NCBI RefSeq assembly: GCF_006345805.1
Contig: NC_042999.1
Location: forward strand, 91,698,001 to 91,762,000
DNA length: 64,000 nt
Reading direction: 5' to 3'
From: Octopus sinensis
Taxonomy: Eukaryota
The notes below the pieces were generated by a model, which searched no databases, was not told the DNA's origin, and saw only the letters and a list, made by a program, of their open reading frames with translations. Both the position numbers and the translations under genes were made by a program. Positions 49,824 through 64,000 of the stretch are shown here, in pieces; position 1 is the stretch's first letter; every line of letters starts with the position of its first letter.

Positions 49824-51859
49824 CAGAAAAGGAGGAATTTCGATTATACCCACGTGTTGAGTTGTAATATATATAAGAAATTAAAGAAGGAAAATGCATA
49901 CACTTTACATAGTTTTAGAATATTTTAAAATATATTTTATATTGTTTGTCGACCGGTTTCACTTTCGCTAATCATGACATTAAAATTATTTTAATTATGC
50001 ATTTTCTTAACAAAAATTTTGAAAGATACCGAGTGACAGAAATTCTGATCAAATGATCTTAGTAAACCACTAAGAAATAGAACTCACTTATAATCATTTT
50101 AATTAAATTCAACATGGCCAGATGTTTCTACTTCCACTTACCCTGGCGACCGATTATCAACTGAGCCCCTGAACTGTAAATATGAATGACCATTTCGCTG
50201 TCTCGATTTCAAGGGGTTTTTTTCTTTTCTTTTTTATATAACTTACTTACTTTTGCATTCTATGAAGCCGAATATATTCACCTTCCATCACTCCTGCGTT
50301 TTTTACTTTCCTGCTATATGGAAATGTTGAAATTCATTTCGTAAGCGAAATAGGAATGATAGAAAGATGACCACTCCTTTTCTATTGAATTGAAAAGGAA
50401 CGTGAGATTTTCTATAAAATCTTGCTTGCATTCGTAATCTTATTCTTACTGCCTTTTATGTTTTCATGTTATTTAAAATGTGACCAATTTCCTTTGTTTT
50501 ACTCCCAATATGTCTATCTTTCGCTATTTTATTTCTCCCTTCTCCTTCCTTTATTATTCATCTCTGCCTCATTTACTCTCTCTCTCTCTCTCTCTCTCTC
50601 TTCCCTCTCTATGTGCCTATCAATCTATCTACTTGCATTCAATGCACTGTCAGAACACATATCAAATACACGGACAGAACACATATCAGTCAAAATACAT
50701 ATCAAAAACTACATCATTAAACTTGTAAACACAGATAAGCTGTTCTCAATTTTAAGCGCCCATTGATAATAACTTAGGGGACATTTCATGCTGGTCACAT
50801 GCATGCAAATCTCTCTATCACACTTTTTTATCTCTCGACATGCTATGTATCACCGTCAAATTTATCATTTGTTCTTTATGCAAAGGGTTCATCAAATAAT
50901 GTAGTCGTAGGTACATTACGGCTGAATAAAAGACACCTCAACCAATGTTGCGGTCGTATCATACAATAATAACCTCGACCACCTATCTAACTTGTAGCCA
51001 AGACTACATCTCATTAACTCGGAGATTTCTTCTTCAGAGTCAGAAAACTATTATGATTTGACTAGTTTGTGATTGAACAAAACAAAATAATTCTGCCTTG
51101 TTCAAGAGCTCCCCTTGTTTAGTTAGTGAATTAATGATTTATAGAAAGCTGAATACACTTAAATATATTCAACAAAAAGCTATTTGTTAAAAACTTCTTA
51201 AAATAGCTTCTATGAAATTATGTGAGGAAAGTCAAATATTATTAAAAAGTTTCCCATAGATAACCATTAAAATCTAAATATGTTCAATTCAATTAGTATA
51301 GAATTGTTATTTAACTATATGTTTTACTTACAAAATCTTTCAATAGCTTTCACTCCAAATTATAGCTCTAATGTTAGAAATCATTATAAATTATAGTTCT
51401 GACATATTCGAATAAAAGCTCTACTTTTGGAACAGTAGCTAAAAATCATTACAGAATAATTTTATTTCATGAAAACAATGCTAGATCGACCTTCGAAATT
51501 GAAATTCATTGTATTACTCTAATGTGTGATAACGTTATTAGGTGAAATTTAGGTTTTGTCTATAACTATTTTTCAAAAAACTTCCCCAGATGAATCCTAG
51601 TCAGTGTTTTCATATCTTCCCAGGATTAATTTCTCATAAAGCCATTTGAATTAAATGTTCTAGGAGAGAATCAATTCACCCCGGTATATAGCCGTTATAT
51701 ATGTTTAGTAATATAGAAACTGTTGTCGATCTTCACGAGACATGAACTCGTGTTACATGAATCTGTTTGGTGTAGTCTATTCAATAAGATAATTTACTGA
51801 CTTGGTCATTTCCAGTAGATTAAAGTAATGTCATACATGTTACAGTTATATTTTCATGA

Positions 51860-51910
<51 letters not shown>

Positions 51911-52949
51911 CAAAAATAAAGTGAAATTGTCTACATCTTACAGGGGTCTGAAACGAAAACTGGTCAATATCTATAGTTTACATAAGCAAAGGTTTCAAGT
52001 GTATTTACCACGGGATTGTGTGTCGTTCATGAGATACTCTATTTTATTCCTGGATTTTTTACTATTTTCAAATCAAGGAGTCACAGCGTTTGCCAATTTA
52101 ACAATGTAAGCATATACTACATTCATTAACACAGTTCTTCTGCCTTCAAGATTTCCATCATTTCTAAAATAACGCTTCAAAGTTTCTTTACAAGGTTATA
52201 TTTCTAAGAAACAAATAAGCTGCAATCAGGTGACCGTTGAAAACTACTAGGCATTCGCTAATAATGTATTGGTTTGGTTTGGGCAGCAACGGTACATGAC
52301 ACACTATTTCAGAAGGGCGTGCATGGAGAAATATTATAAGGGTAGTAGAAAAGGATCAGAGAAAACAGTACATCTGTAGATTAATGAGTTTAGTTTGTTT
52401 TAGGGGTGCAGATTTGTTTAAAATTCGGATGACCTTTTCAATGCTTGTGCGTAGTAGTTGTACTTTGACGACATGTGTAGCCATAGACTGAAATATTGTA
52501 AACATCTGAGGTGTGTAGAGTCAGAAGCCGAATAATTTCCAAATATTTTATAAAGATATCTATCCTAAATTGTCTAAAATCAACTTAAATCGATATTTTT
52601 GACATTCATTAAAAGCACAGTTTAGCTTCATTAGATTCATATTCAACGATCCGTAGATAGAAAGTGTGATTGATGCCTGGTGTCTCTTCTATTATAGGTG
52701 TATAAAAGGTGAATCAAGTTCACATATAAGGAATATTTTATGAAACTCTTGGTTTGTGCTCATTTATGTTTGTATATGATAATTAAGTTTGGATACAAAC
52801 TTCTACGAAATAAGACGTAAAAGTTCAGTTTCCGTTGTTAGTTGAGACGCATAAGTTATATGGCCTCTCATTTATACTTATATATAACACAAAAACAATT
52901 TTTCATGTAACTAGTGTTAAAAATACTTTGCTTATTCAAACATCGATAT

Positions 52950-54362
<1,413 letters not shown>

Positions 54363-55034
54363 TTAAATTAACAATTGAGGATAAAATCTTTAAAAGAAAT
54401 TATCAGTAATCAGCGTGAAAAACCTCGTAAGAGAAAAAATCCGTAAATTCTTCCTCTTTGAAAATATTCATTTATATTATATTGAGGGTACTACTATTCG
54501 TAGATACCAACACGCTAAGAGGGACCAATGCGGTCAAAACTACTAAAAATAAACAATATTTTACCGAATGCAGAACTTCAAAACACATCATTTTAAAAAA
54601 ATGATGTATATATATATATATACACACACACACACATCTTTCTCCATGTGATCGGCTTGAAAAATTGTGAAGACACTGGAGTAATTTACTACTTTTTCTA
54701 GCATGAAACCAATGGTAGTCTTAATTTACAAATAAAGAAATTAAACCCACCAATGCGGTGTTGAGCACTTATTTCTATTGTTCTATTGTTCATTGCTTGT
54801 GCTGAACAAAGCACACTCTCTCCATCGAATTATCATGGTCTGTACAGGTGCACGGTGTGCCACGCGTCAGATGATAAAACGATCGCAGGATTTTCTTGTA
54901 AGAGTGTTCCGTCTCCTAGATCAGTTGTGAGAGTCAACACTAAAGGGTCTGATCCACCTCGGTAGGCTATCTGCGCGCCTGGTCACCATACCAGATATTT
55001 CTAGGTCCTCGCACCTATATATATATATATATAT

Positions 55035-56570
55035 TGAGCAGAATATCCCGGTTTTCAAACAGGGAAACAGATCCCTCGCAGTCAACTATCACCCAATCTC
55101 ACTCACCTCCCACATCATTAAAGTGTTTGAAAGAGTGTTAAGATCAAGGATAGCTGACTTCCTGGAGACCCACAAACTCCTAAATTCAAATCAGCATGGC
55201 TTTCGCTGTGGCAGGGACTGTCTAACACAGCTCTTACACCACATTGAAGATGTACTCAAAGCCTTGGGAACAGGTTCGAACTCTGACGTCATATATCTTG
55301 ACTTCAGTAAAGCGTTCGACAGGGTAGACCATAACATCCTACTCTTAAAATTGGCAAATGTTGGAATCCGTGGAAAAGTTCTACGCTGGATTCAGTATTT
55401 GCTGGCGAATAGAACACAACATGTTGTAGTTGATGGAGTCCACTCAAACCCAGCAAAAGTCACCAGCGGTGTTCCCCAGGGAACTGTTTTGGGTCCGCTA
55501 CTCTTCATAATTTACGTAAACGACCTTTCCAGTGTCGTACATCACTGTAAAGTGAAAATATTCGCTGATGACACTAAGCTCCAGCAAATCGTCAATGAAG
55601 AAGCAGACCGAACTCAACTCCAGTCTGATCTATATGCTGTGAGTCAATGGGCAGACAGAAACAAAATGCAACTGAATGAGGGAAAATTTGAGCTGATGCA
55701 TTTTGGAAGAAATTCCTCACTAAAACAACCATACTCTCTTCCTTCAGGGGAACCGCTCACAGCCTCTAACAATATCAGAGACCTGGGTGTAATTGTTGCT
55801 GACGATCTCAGTTGGAGTGCACACATCAACAAGAAGGTCGATATAGCTCGAAGGATGAGTTCCTGGATCTTAAGAACTTTCCGGTCCAGAGAACAAGGTG
55901 TCATCATACCACTTTTTTCCTCCTTTGTACGGCCACACCTTGAATACTGCTGCCCACTGTGGTCTCCTCATACAAGACAAAACATCTCCAGAATTGAGTC
56001 ACCCTAGAGGGCTCTCACTAAACAAATTGAAGGCATGGCTGCTCTCGATTATTGGGATCGCCTTAAAGCCTTGAAACTTTACTCCCTCCAGCGTCGCCGT
56101 GAGCGGTACATCATTTGTACTATGTGGAAAATATACCGCCAACTTTGCCCAAACGACATAAACATTAGCTTCAAGGTTCATCCAAGACTTGGACCACGGG
56201 CTATACGTCCCCTGCCAAATTCAAGATCACAACATACATGTACACTGCAACATAATTTCTTTTCCTCAACAGGCCTGCCCTATTTAACATTGTCCCGAGG
56301 GAGATCAAAGAGGAAAAGGATCCCATCAACTTCAAACAGAGTCTGGATATATTCCTTCAAAGAATACCAGATAAGCCACCCATAATTGGATACAACTCGC
56401 CCAACAAGAACTCACTACTTGAACAAAACTGGATACAACTCACCCAACAAGAACTCACTACTTGAACAAAACTTGACTTAAACAGGATTCGAATAATCCT
56501 ATCAGGTGGTGCTATTAAGTTAGACATGGCCTGGACCAATCTCTGGTCGAAACATATCTAAGTTTATCTA

Positions 56571-56576
<6 letters not shown>
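55035..56576 (+). mobile_element. Young 5'-truncated CR1/L2-group LINE inserted in (TA)n
   Basis: NYHPISLTS, NQHGFR, YLDFSKAFDRVDH, SGVPQGTVLGPLLF, FADDTKL, RDLGV, VRPHLEYCCPLW, LYSLQRRRERY, IPDKP. One in-frame TAG (56005) and one frameshift (~56271). 3' hairpin GACCA/TGGTC and a (TCTAAGTTTA)2 tail. Confidence 0.92.
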
Positions 56577-56615
<39 letters not shown>

Positions 56616-57429
56616 TATATATATATTACAAGTTATATATATGAATTTTATATATTTATATATATATATTTACATATATATGTATACATACATGCATACA
56701 TACATACATACATACATACATACATACATACATACATACCATACATACATACATACATGCATAGATCTGCACATGCAGGTAGCCTAAACGAAATTCTCAA
56801 TCGAAATCACGCAGTATGTGACGAGTGTATCTTTCATTTAAAGATGGGCTTCTCTATGGTTTTTGTCAAGCTATTTACTCACAAGACGACACCCGTTTAC
56901 ATCGAATGCAGGACCTTGTCTTTTTGTTGTGAAATTCTTAACCATTCAAACATACTCTTCTTTCATTACATTAAACCGTGCTCATATTTTCATTAATCCG
57001 TACTAACAGTTTCATAAAATACATGAAATATGTATTGAGTTAAAATGTTGCCTAGATCACCTTTGTCTTTCATCTTTCAAACTTTGGTGACATTAGTACT
57101 GGGTCGAGGTCATCGATTACGCTCCAATACTTTATTACTTGGTATCATTGATTCTGCACTAGCTCTCTCTGTGAATATTGCAAGTTATGAAAGTTACAGT
57201 CTCGAACTTTCAGTGAAAGAAGACATGGCGCTGATTTAATACTTTTTTATTCATAAAATAAGTAACATTACCCAGTGTATGTCCATTTTGCAAAGTACTA
57301 TGAAGATTTATTATTTAACGAATTATTGGTTAACTTACCGACTTATAGCAGCACTCATCGACAGAGACAGGTCGAATAATCCGTGACTTGGAATAATTTG
57401 TAAACGTTTCAAATGCACATATAATTACG

Positions 57430-58160
57430 TCTATATGTATGCAAACATATACATGCATACGTATTTATACAGATACACACAAACACATATGCATATATAC
57501 ATACACACAAACATACATACATACAACATACATACATACATACATACATACATACATACATACATACATACATACATACATACATTCATACATATACATA
57601 AACATGTATATATATGGTAAAAGTTCCAATATATATATATTGGAACTTTACACCAGACGAACTTTTCTTGCCAATACCAGATTTAAAATGCCGGTGGTAC
57701 TGCATAGTTTGTATAAATTTGGTGAATCAAGTGATCTAGCATTAAAAAAGGAGTGTCTAATTTTGTTTACGACAATCCTTTAAGCTGAAGTGTTTTCGTA
57801 TATTTTCATTTCATTTGCATATATTACATGTGTATATATATATATATGTGTATGCATGTATGTATGTATGTATGTATATACATATATATATACAAATATA
57901 TATGTATATATATATATAACGCAAATATATATGTGTGTGTGTTTGTCTGTGTATGTATGTGTACATATATGTATATTATACATATGTATGGTGTATATAT
58001 ATATACGAATATATAAACATAAACATACTACTTGCTTAATTTATATATCTGTGTGCATACACACACACACATATATATATATATATATGCAAGCACACAG
58101 ACAGATATACACACGCACACACACACATACACACACATATACATGCATACAAATGCATGT
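57430..58160. repeat. (TACA)/(TA)/(CA) low-complexity block
   Basis: Direct reading. Confidence 0.92.
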
Positions 58161-58229
58161 AAAAATACTGACTGCGCAATACAAGAGTGTTTTCCCCACT
58201 CCAGTGGGACACTTGTAAGTAGCTAAGCC

Positions 58230-59915
58230 TGATGAATTCTTTGGTTCTACAGCTCTAAACAACGAAATGGCAATCATTGATACTATCAAAATAGGGGAAA
58301 CTGATATATCAGCCATTGATGAAATGAGCTCAAACTCAGCCACAGGCTCTGATGGGTTCCCAGCAATTCTCCAAAAGAAATGATAAGGAGCTTTAGCAAC
58401 ACCACTTTAGATTCTCTTCCAGAGCTTCCACACAACTAAGAGACGTCCCAAAAAGTTAAAAGAAGGCATAATATGCCCTGTCCATATGAGCAGTTGCCAG
58501 GAATTATAGACCTGTTTCTCTAACTTCCCATGTCAGCAAAGTCATGGAGCGCATTGTCAGGAAGAAACTAATTACATCCCTTGAAGATAACGACTTGCTT
58601 CCTGACGTCCAGCATAGCTTTCGCTCAGAAAGAGGCCACCTCGTACAGCCTTTGCAGCAATATGACAGGGTGGTGAAACAATTAATCACTCACTCAAACG
58701 TGGTTGTCATATATCTCGACTCTGTGTAGGCTTTTGATAAGGTTGATCAGGGGATGATATGTCACAAACTCGGCATAAATAGGAAAGTCGGAAAGAGGTT
58801 GCATGATTTCTTAAAAGACAAAAGCCAGGCTGTAGCACCTAACGGAGCTCTCTCCAGGGAGAGAGTATTAGAAAGTCGAGTGCTACAGGTAACTGCATTG
58901 GGGCCGCTACTGTTCATGGTGACTCTTTCAGACATGCCATCAGTTACACAGACATGTCATCAGTTATATAGACAGCCACACTTACTAGCTATGCCGACGA
59001 TGTAAAAACACAAAAGCAGTAGAAGCAGTCTATGAACCTGCTGATGCTAATCTTCTACAGAAAGATCTAGATACCATATAAAAATGGGCTGAGGACAACA
59101 GCATACAGTTTAATGCAGGGAAATTCCAAGCTCTCCGCAACCAGCTGATTGCTACTCAAAAGTCACAACAACGATACTCTGGACCAAAAGGAGTGGCAAT
59201 CCTAGAATCATATACGGTGCGTGATCTTGGGATTGATATGAGCAACTATGCCTTGTTTCACATGCATATCACCAAGATGATGGCACTGTGCAGGCGAATT
59301 GCTGGGTGGAATTTGAAAACCTTCAGAACAAGGGACCAAGAAACTATACTGGTCCTAAAGAGAACATTTGTCCTCAGCCATCTGGACTACTGTTCTCAAC
59401 TGAGGTCACCTTACAGCGTAGTATTAATAGCAGTCCTTGAAGCGGTTCAGCGATGCTACACAAGGGAGATTGCATCAATGGGACAGCTAAGTTACTAGGA
59501 GAGACTGAGAGAGTTACAACTCTACTCCCTGAAGCAAAGACTGGGGAGATATGCAGTGATATATGTGTGGAAGGTACTGGAGGGGCTGGCACCAAACTTT
59601 GAAATTGAGAGCTATACCAGACCTAAAACTGAACGTCACTGCATAGCATGGGATTCAAGTGCCCGAAGCTATTTAACGCCTTTCCGAAGTATCTAAGGGA
59701 TCTCCATAGAGTGGGGATAGATTCTACAGTTCTATATTAAAGACATGAGGAATTATGTACATAATTTACATTATTTACATTTGACGAATAGTGGGGGTAG
59801 ATGTTTCCAAGAGACAACCTCTTGCTATCCAAGATCCCAGATGAACCAATACCAAGGCTGGAAACTCAAAACAGGGCAGCGGTATCGAACTCCCTCCAAG
59901 CATAGAATTGGCCAA
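58230..59915 (+). mobile_element. Decayed CR1/L2-group LINE
   Basis: SATGSDGFPAIL, NYRPVSLTS, VIYLD, ALGPLLF, YADD, VRDLGI, VLSHLDYCSQ, LYSLKQR, IPDEP..NSL; many stops. Confidence 0.88.
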
Positions 59916-59989
59916 TTAAAAAGTGATTACACTGGCGGTACTCCAGCATGGCCACAGCCTCAGGGCTGAAACATATAAAAGAATAAAAG

Positions 59990-60041
59990 AATATATACAT
60001 ACATGTGTGTGAGTGTATGTGTGTATGTATCTATCTATCCT

Positions 60042-60133
<92 letters not shown>

Positions 60134-60344
60134 TATCCTTAGATTTTTTCTACTTGTTGAATCATTCATTCATAAAAGTTTCCACATACGACATGCACTA
60201 AAATCTTCAGAAAGTATGAAATTACAATAATGTAAATGCCTTGATTAGCGAAAGTGAAATCGGTCGACAAACACGATATAAAATATATTAAAAAATATAT
60301 TAACAGTATGTAAAGTGTTTGCATATATATATAATATATATATA

Positions 60345-60395
<51 letters not shown>
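59990..60395. repeat. (TA)n arrays
   Basis: Direct reading. Confidence 0.9.
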
Positions 60396-60398
<3 letters not shown>

Positions 60399-60560
60399 GA
60401 AATTTACAAAAAACAAAAGACGAAGACAGGTGTATAAACAACAAACAGTTGCATTAATTTAACGCTCAGGAAGGTGAGAAAGATTTTTACGTTCCGAGCT
60501 TAAGCTCTTCAACTGAAAGGAACACGAGGAAATGAACAGAGAGAAAATAAAAAATAATCT
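60396..60560 (-). mobile_element. Short Penelope-type repeat, copy 2
   Basis: Homologous to 43753-43980; hammerhead-like fold at 60484-60520. Confidence 0.62.
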
Positions 60561-61019
60561 TTGGAGCTGGCGGCCAGTCATGGCGGCTGGTTAGGCAGAG
60601 GGAGTTAAACAGGAGAGTTAGTAAGAAGGGAAGATAATAAAGTATTGGTGATCTCAAAACGAAGATGCGCGTGCGTGTGTATGTGAGAGTTTGTAAGTGT
60701 GTGCGTATGGATAGGGGCTTGTGGCTTTGACGTGTAGATATATGCGTGTGTGTGTGCGCCTGTAATGTATGGGTGTGTGCATTGTGGTGTGGGAGCTGAG
60801 AAGTGGTCAGTGTTAGTGTGTGCGGGGTGGTTGATGTGGTGTGCTGTGGCATGATGTGGTAGGGTGGTGTGTGTGCGTTATGGTGTGGCAGTGTTGCGGT
60901 GTGGGGATGCGAGGTGGGGTATGGGTTTGGGGTGAGGATGTGGAGTTAGGGATGCGGTATGTGGGATTTTTGGAGTGGGGTGTAGTGGTGGGGTTGGTAT
61001 GTAGTATGGATGTATTCAT

Positions 61020-62270
61020 CGCTTATCATTCACGGTTTCGGCCACAGGTTGAGACCATACTGGAGTACCGCCTTTCATCTTACTTGGTTTTTATTCTGTA
61101 GTGTTACTGGTAAAGTAGCGAGATCGACAGAGCTGAACTTCTTTATGCCTCCAGGCGCAATGTGTACTCATATGATATTTGTGCAGACGCTGTCTGATGA
61201 CCTCCACATGTACACTTCGCAAATCTATGAGACTGTTTGGCAGAATGTTGAATAGCTGTAGACTCTTGAATTCCAAGTCGTTGCTGTGCTGGGTCCTTAA
61301 TCTAGATGGAGAAACCGGGGTCATTGGTACTATGCTGCGACGTCCAGTTCGGCGGTTGGTATAGCTTTTATTTCCAAATTTGGGAACTAGACTTTCCACG
61401 ATCTTTTATGTGTACATCACTGCATATCTTTTACGTCTTCTCTCCTAGTGGCTCATCTGTCTCACCGAGTCTATCTTCTTTCTGGAGTGGTGCTGGATTG
61501 CTTCAGGTTCTATCACCAGTTTGACGCTCTGCAGTGATCACAGTTGAGTCACCGACTCTGGGATAGCACTTTGTAGTTGGATGGTGATCTTTTGTGGACC
61601 GACAGTTGAGTGCTTGAAACTTCTAGGCAGTGATCTGTATGTTATTTTCACTAGCTCATTTTAGTATGTCATCAGGGTCTTTGACCACCTGCAGTATTTT
61701 TGTATCATCAGTACAACTGGTAGGAGTGGTTGGCTGTATGACTGAGATCATGAATCAGAGAGCCACCACAGACAGTAGTGGTCCCAGCACATTTTCTTGA
61801 GGGACTCCGCTGCCAGTTGATGTTTCTCCAGAGAGAGTACCAGCTGTCTGAATTCCACTTTTTAAAATGCTACGTAGCTACACTCCTAGTTTTCCAGCGA
61901 TACTAGGGTCACACAGTTTGTGACATATCATCCAATGATCAACTTTGAGTGGTTGAGCTGCTGTTTTAGTATACAATCATAATGCTGTAGTTGCTATATG
62001 AGATAGCTCCTCCTTGAACGGAAGCCATGCTGTGCATTTGTGAACAAGTTATTTTCATCCAGGAATATGATTAACTTCTTGACGCTGTGTTCCATGACCT
62101 TGCTAGCATGTAAAGTCAGAGAGATGATCCTGTAACTTTTAGCATCTGTTCATCTTCCTCTTTTATGGACATGGCATATTATATCTTCTTTTAACAATTT
62201 GGACAGTTTACCACATGCAACTCTGAAAAAGAATATATAGTAGTTTTGCGGGCCCGTTGGTGAGTTCGGG
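61020..62270 (-). mobile_element. Decayed CR1/L2-group LINE
   Basis: Minus strand: ICHVHKRG..SYRIISLT..SKVME, GVPQENVLGPLL, TDDTKIL, NDLEFKSLQLFNILP. Confidence 0.82.
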
Positions 62271-62324
62271 TTCATCTCAAATAGACGCGTGCATAAATAT
62301 TTATATGCACCAATCCATGCGTTC

Positions 62325-62382
<58 letters not shown>

Positions 62383-62404
62383 CACACACACACACACACA
62401 CACA

Positions 62405-62770
62405 ATAACATTAGGGAATAAATTATTATTCCAACCTTGCATGTAAAATTCAGTATAATAATATTAGACCGAATTTCGTAATATATAATATATAATATAT
62501 GTAAATAACTAATTTAGAGACAAACCACTTTTCCACAACTCAATCATTGAAGAACGCATCCAATACCATGCTGTGAGACATATACCATACAATATACTAA
62601 TCTAAAATTTTAATAATATATAATCTTGAACAGGCGAATGCTATCCTTCATATATTCATGTATTTTTATATTATGTAAACTTACTTTATATCCAGTTTCT
62701 TTTTATATGTTGCTCGCCTGATTTTACGGCAAAATCAGTATTTGTTATATCCCCTTCATCAGGCGACTCT
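62405..62770 (-). mobile_element. Probable Penelope-type terminal-repeat remnant
   Basis: Ends in CTGATGAAGGGG on the minus strand. Its resemblance to octopus Penelope repeats is from recall only. Confidence 0.4.
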
Positions 62771-62799
62771 GTAGTAAATAAAATGATATTGTTATTATC

Positions 62800-62995
62800 A
62801 GCGACGAGCAGCTGGAATCGTTAGAGCGACTTTTCTTTCGTCTCTTTACGTTCTGATATCAAATTCAGCCGGAGTCAAACTTTACTTTTCATTCTTTCAG
62901 GGTCGATAAAATACCACTCAAATTCTGGGATCAATAGTATAGAAAAACTACTCCCACAAAAATTGCTAGCCTTGTGCCTAAGTTAGAAAACATTG
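62800..62995 (+). mobile_element. SINE family A, decayed
   Basis: TTTACGTTCTGATATCAAATTCAGCCGG..TTTCATTCTTTCAGGGTCGATAAAATACC..AGCCTTGTGCCTAAGTTAGAAA. Confidence 0.78.
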
Positions 62996-63059
62996 TTATT
63001 ATTTGTTACAACCATGATCCCACTCACAAATAAAGGAAGTAATTTCGCTTATTTTTTAA

Positions 63060-63620
63060 TTCGTTTATTGATATGATACTTCTAATGTTATTTTGCGTTT
63101 ATATTCCAGCTGATGCTATCGTGTCTTTCTTGATGTTTTTCATATTGCAGCATTGCTGCTGCTGATATTTAGTACCCGTTGCTCTCAGACGATGCTGTTC
63201 TTGTTGAAGATGTCCATTTTGAAGCCCTGATTCTGATTTTCTTCGGGTTCGAATTTGTCGTCGGATATAAGATTTGCGGCCATGATTGTGAGCAAGAAGA
63301 CAATAGTGGTGCTAGTGGGGCTTTATTATTGTTTAGGTGGAGGTGGCAAATATCATACTCGTAAGGATGAGGATAGTGAGGAGGTGCAACACCGCGAAGA
63401 TGAAGACAACGATGGCGATGAGGGCGGTGACAACGATGACACTGGCAGTGGCAATAACAGTGACGATGAAGATCAGGATAATGATGAGGATTATGATACT
63501 GACGCCCAAGATAAGAATAGTTGTGATGACGATAGTTCCCTTGTGTAGTTGATGTCGTCACTCTGTTGTTACTGCTGCTACAACTGCGGCAGCCATTGTA
63601 GCAATCAATGAACTTCATAA
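63060..63620. repeat. Degenerate trinucleotide (GAT/GAC/GCT/GTT) low-complexity region
   Basis: Direct reading; contains an acidic ORF (see findings). Confidence 0.75.
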
Positions 63621-64000
63621 CGCAATTAGTGTTTTTACGTAATTAGTACCGTTGTTTATTTGATTCTTCACGACAACACTTCTGTCCTCATCTTCCTTCA
63701 AACTCTAGCTTGGTTTTCTGACTGAATGAGTTATACACAGCGTTTAAACAATAAAAACATTCACTATTTTGAGCAAGTCACTCTACCTAGATGTGTGACG
63801 TCCCTGAATGGCTCAAGTTGAGATCCTAGATGTAAATTAATTAAGGTTCTTTTCACAAAATGTTTGTTCCTCAGCTTAACATAGATTTATCATTTTAATG
63901 CCCAGAACAAGCAGAGCCCAGTAGTTAGATCACTGTTGGTACATGATCATCCATGAACAGGAAATATAAGAGCAAATGCTTCCAGCTTTTTATTTCGATG

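Noticed and set aside
51740-51810. Possible Penelope-type terminal remnant
   Set aside because: Too short and degenerate, and no core motif is present.
56520-56560. GACC..GGTC-GAAAC as a hammerhead half
   Set aside because: There is no CUGANGA upstream. It is better explained as the LINE 3' hairpin.

Overview
Very AT-rich, microsatellite-dense eukaryotic DNA, either intergenic or deep intronic. I found no host protein-coding exon, rRNA, bona fide tRNA gene or CRISPR array. The repeat families look like those I recall from Octopus (cephalopod) genomes; that assignment is inference and was not checked against a database. The first 24 kb is a pile-up of R4/Dong-clade non-LTR retrotransposons (RT + CCHC + restriction-like endonuclease) sitting in (AAT)n tracts. 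It includes one essentially full-length copy (544-4523) whose ~1214-aa ORF is broken only by four single-base frameshifts, a Tx1/L1-like fragment, a ~470-bp AAT-tailed non-coding element and a 1038-bp tandem duplication. The remainder holds tRNA-derived SINEs, mariner elements, a hAT-type MITE, an RTE fragment, three CR1/L2-group LINE fragments and short Penelope-type repeats. The most interesting signals are: (1) a tRNA-headed SINE-like unit carrying a hammerhead-ribozyme core; (2) a second repeat family with a minimal hammerhead fold and a shared non-canonical CUGUUGA core; (3) the near-intact Dong element and the uniform + orientation of all 12 R4/Dong pieces; (4) an isolated 41-nt hairpin. 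Coordinates were read by eye, and element ends are approximate to within tens of bp for decayed copies.
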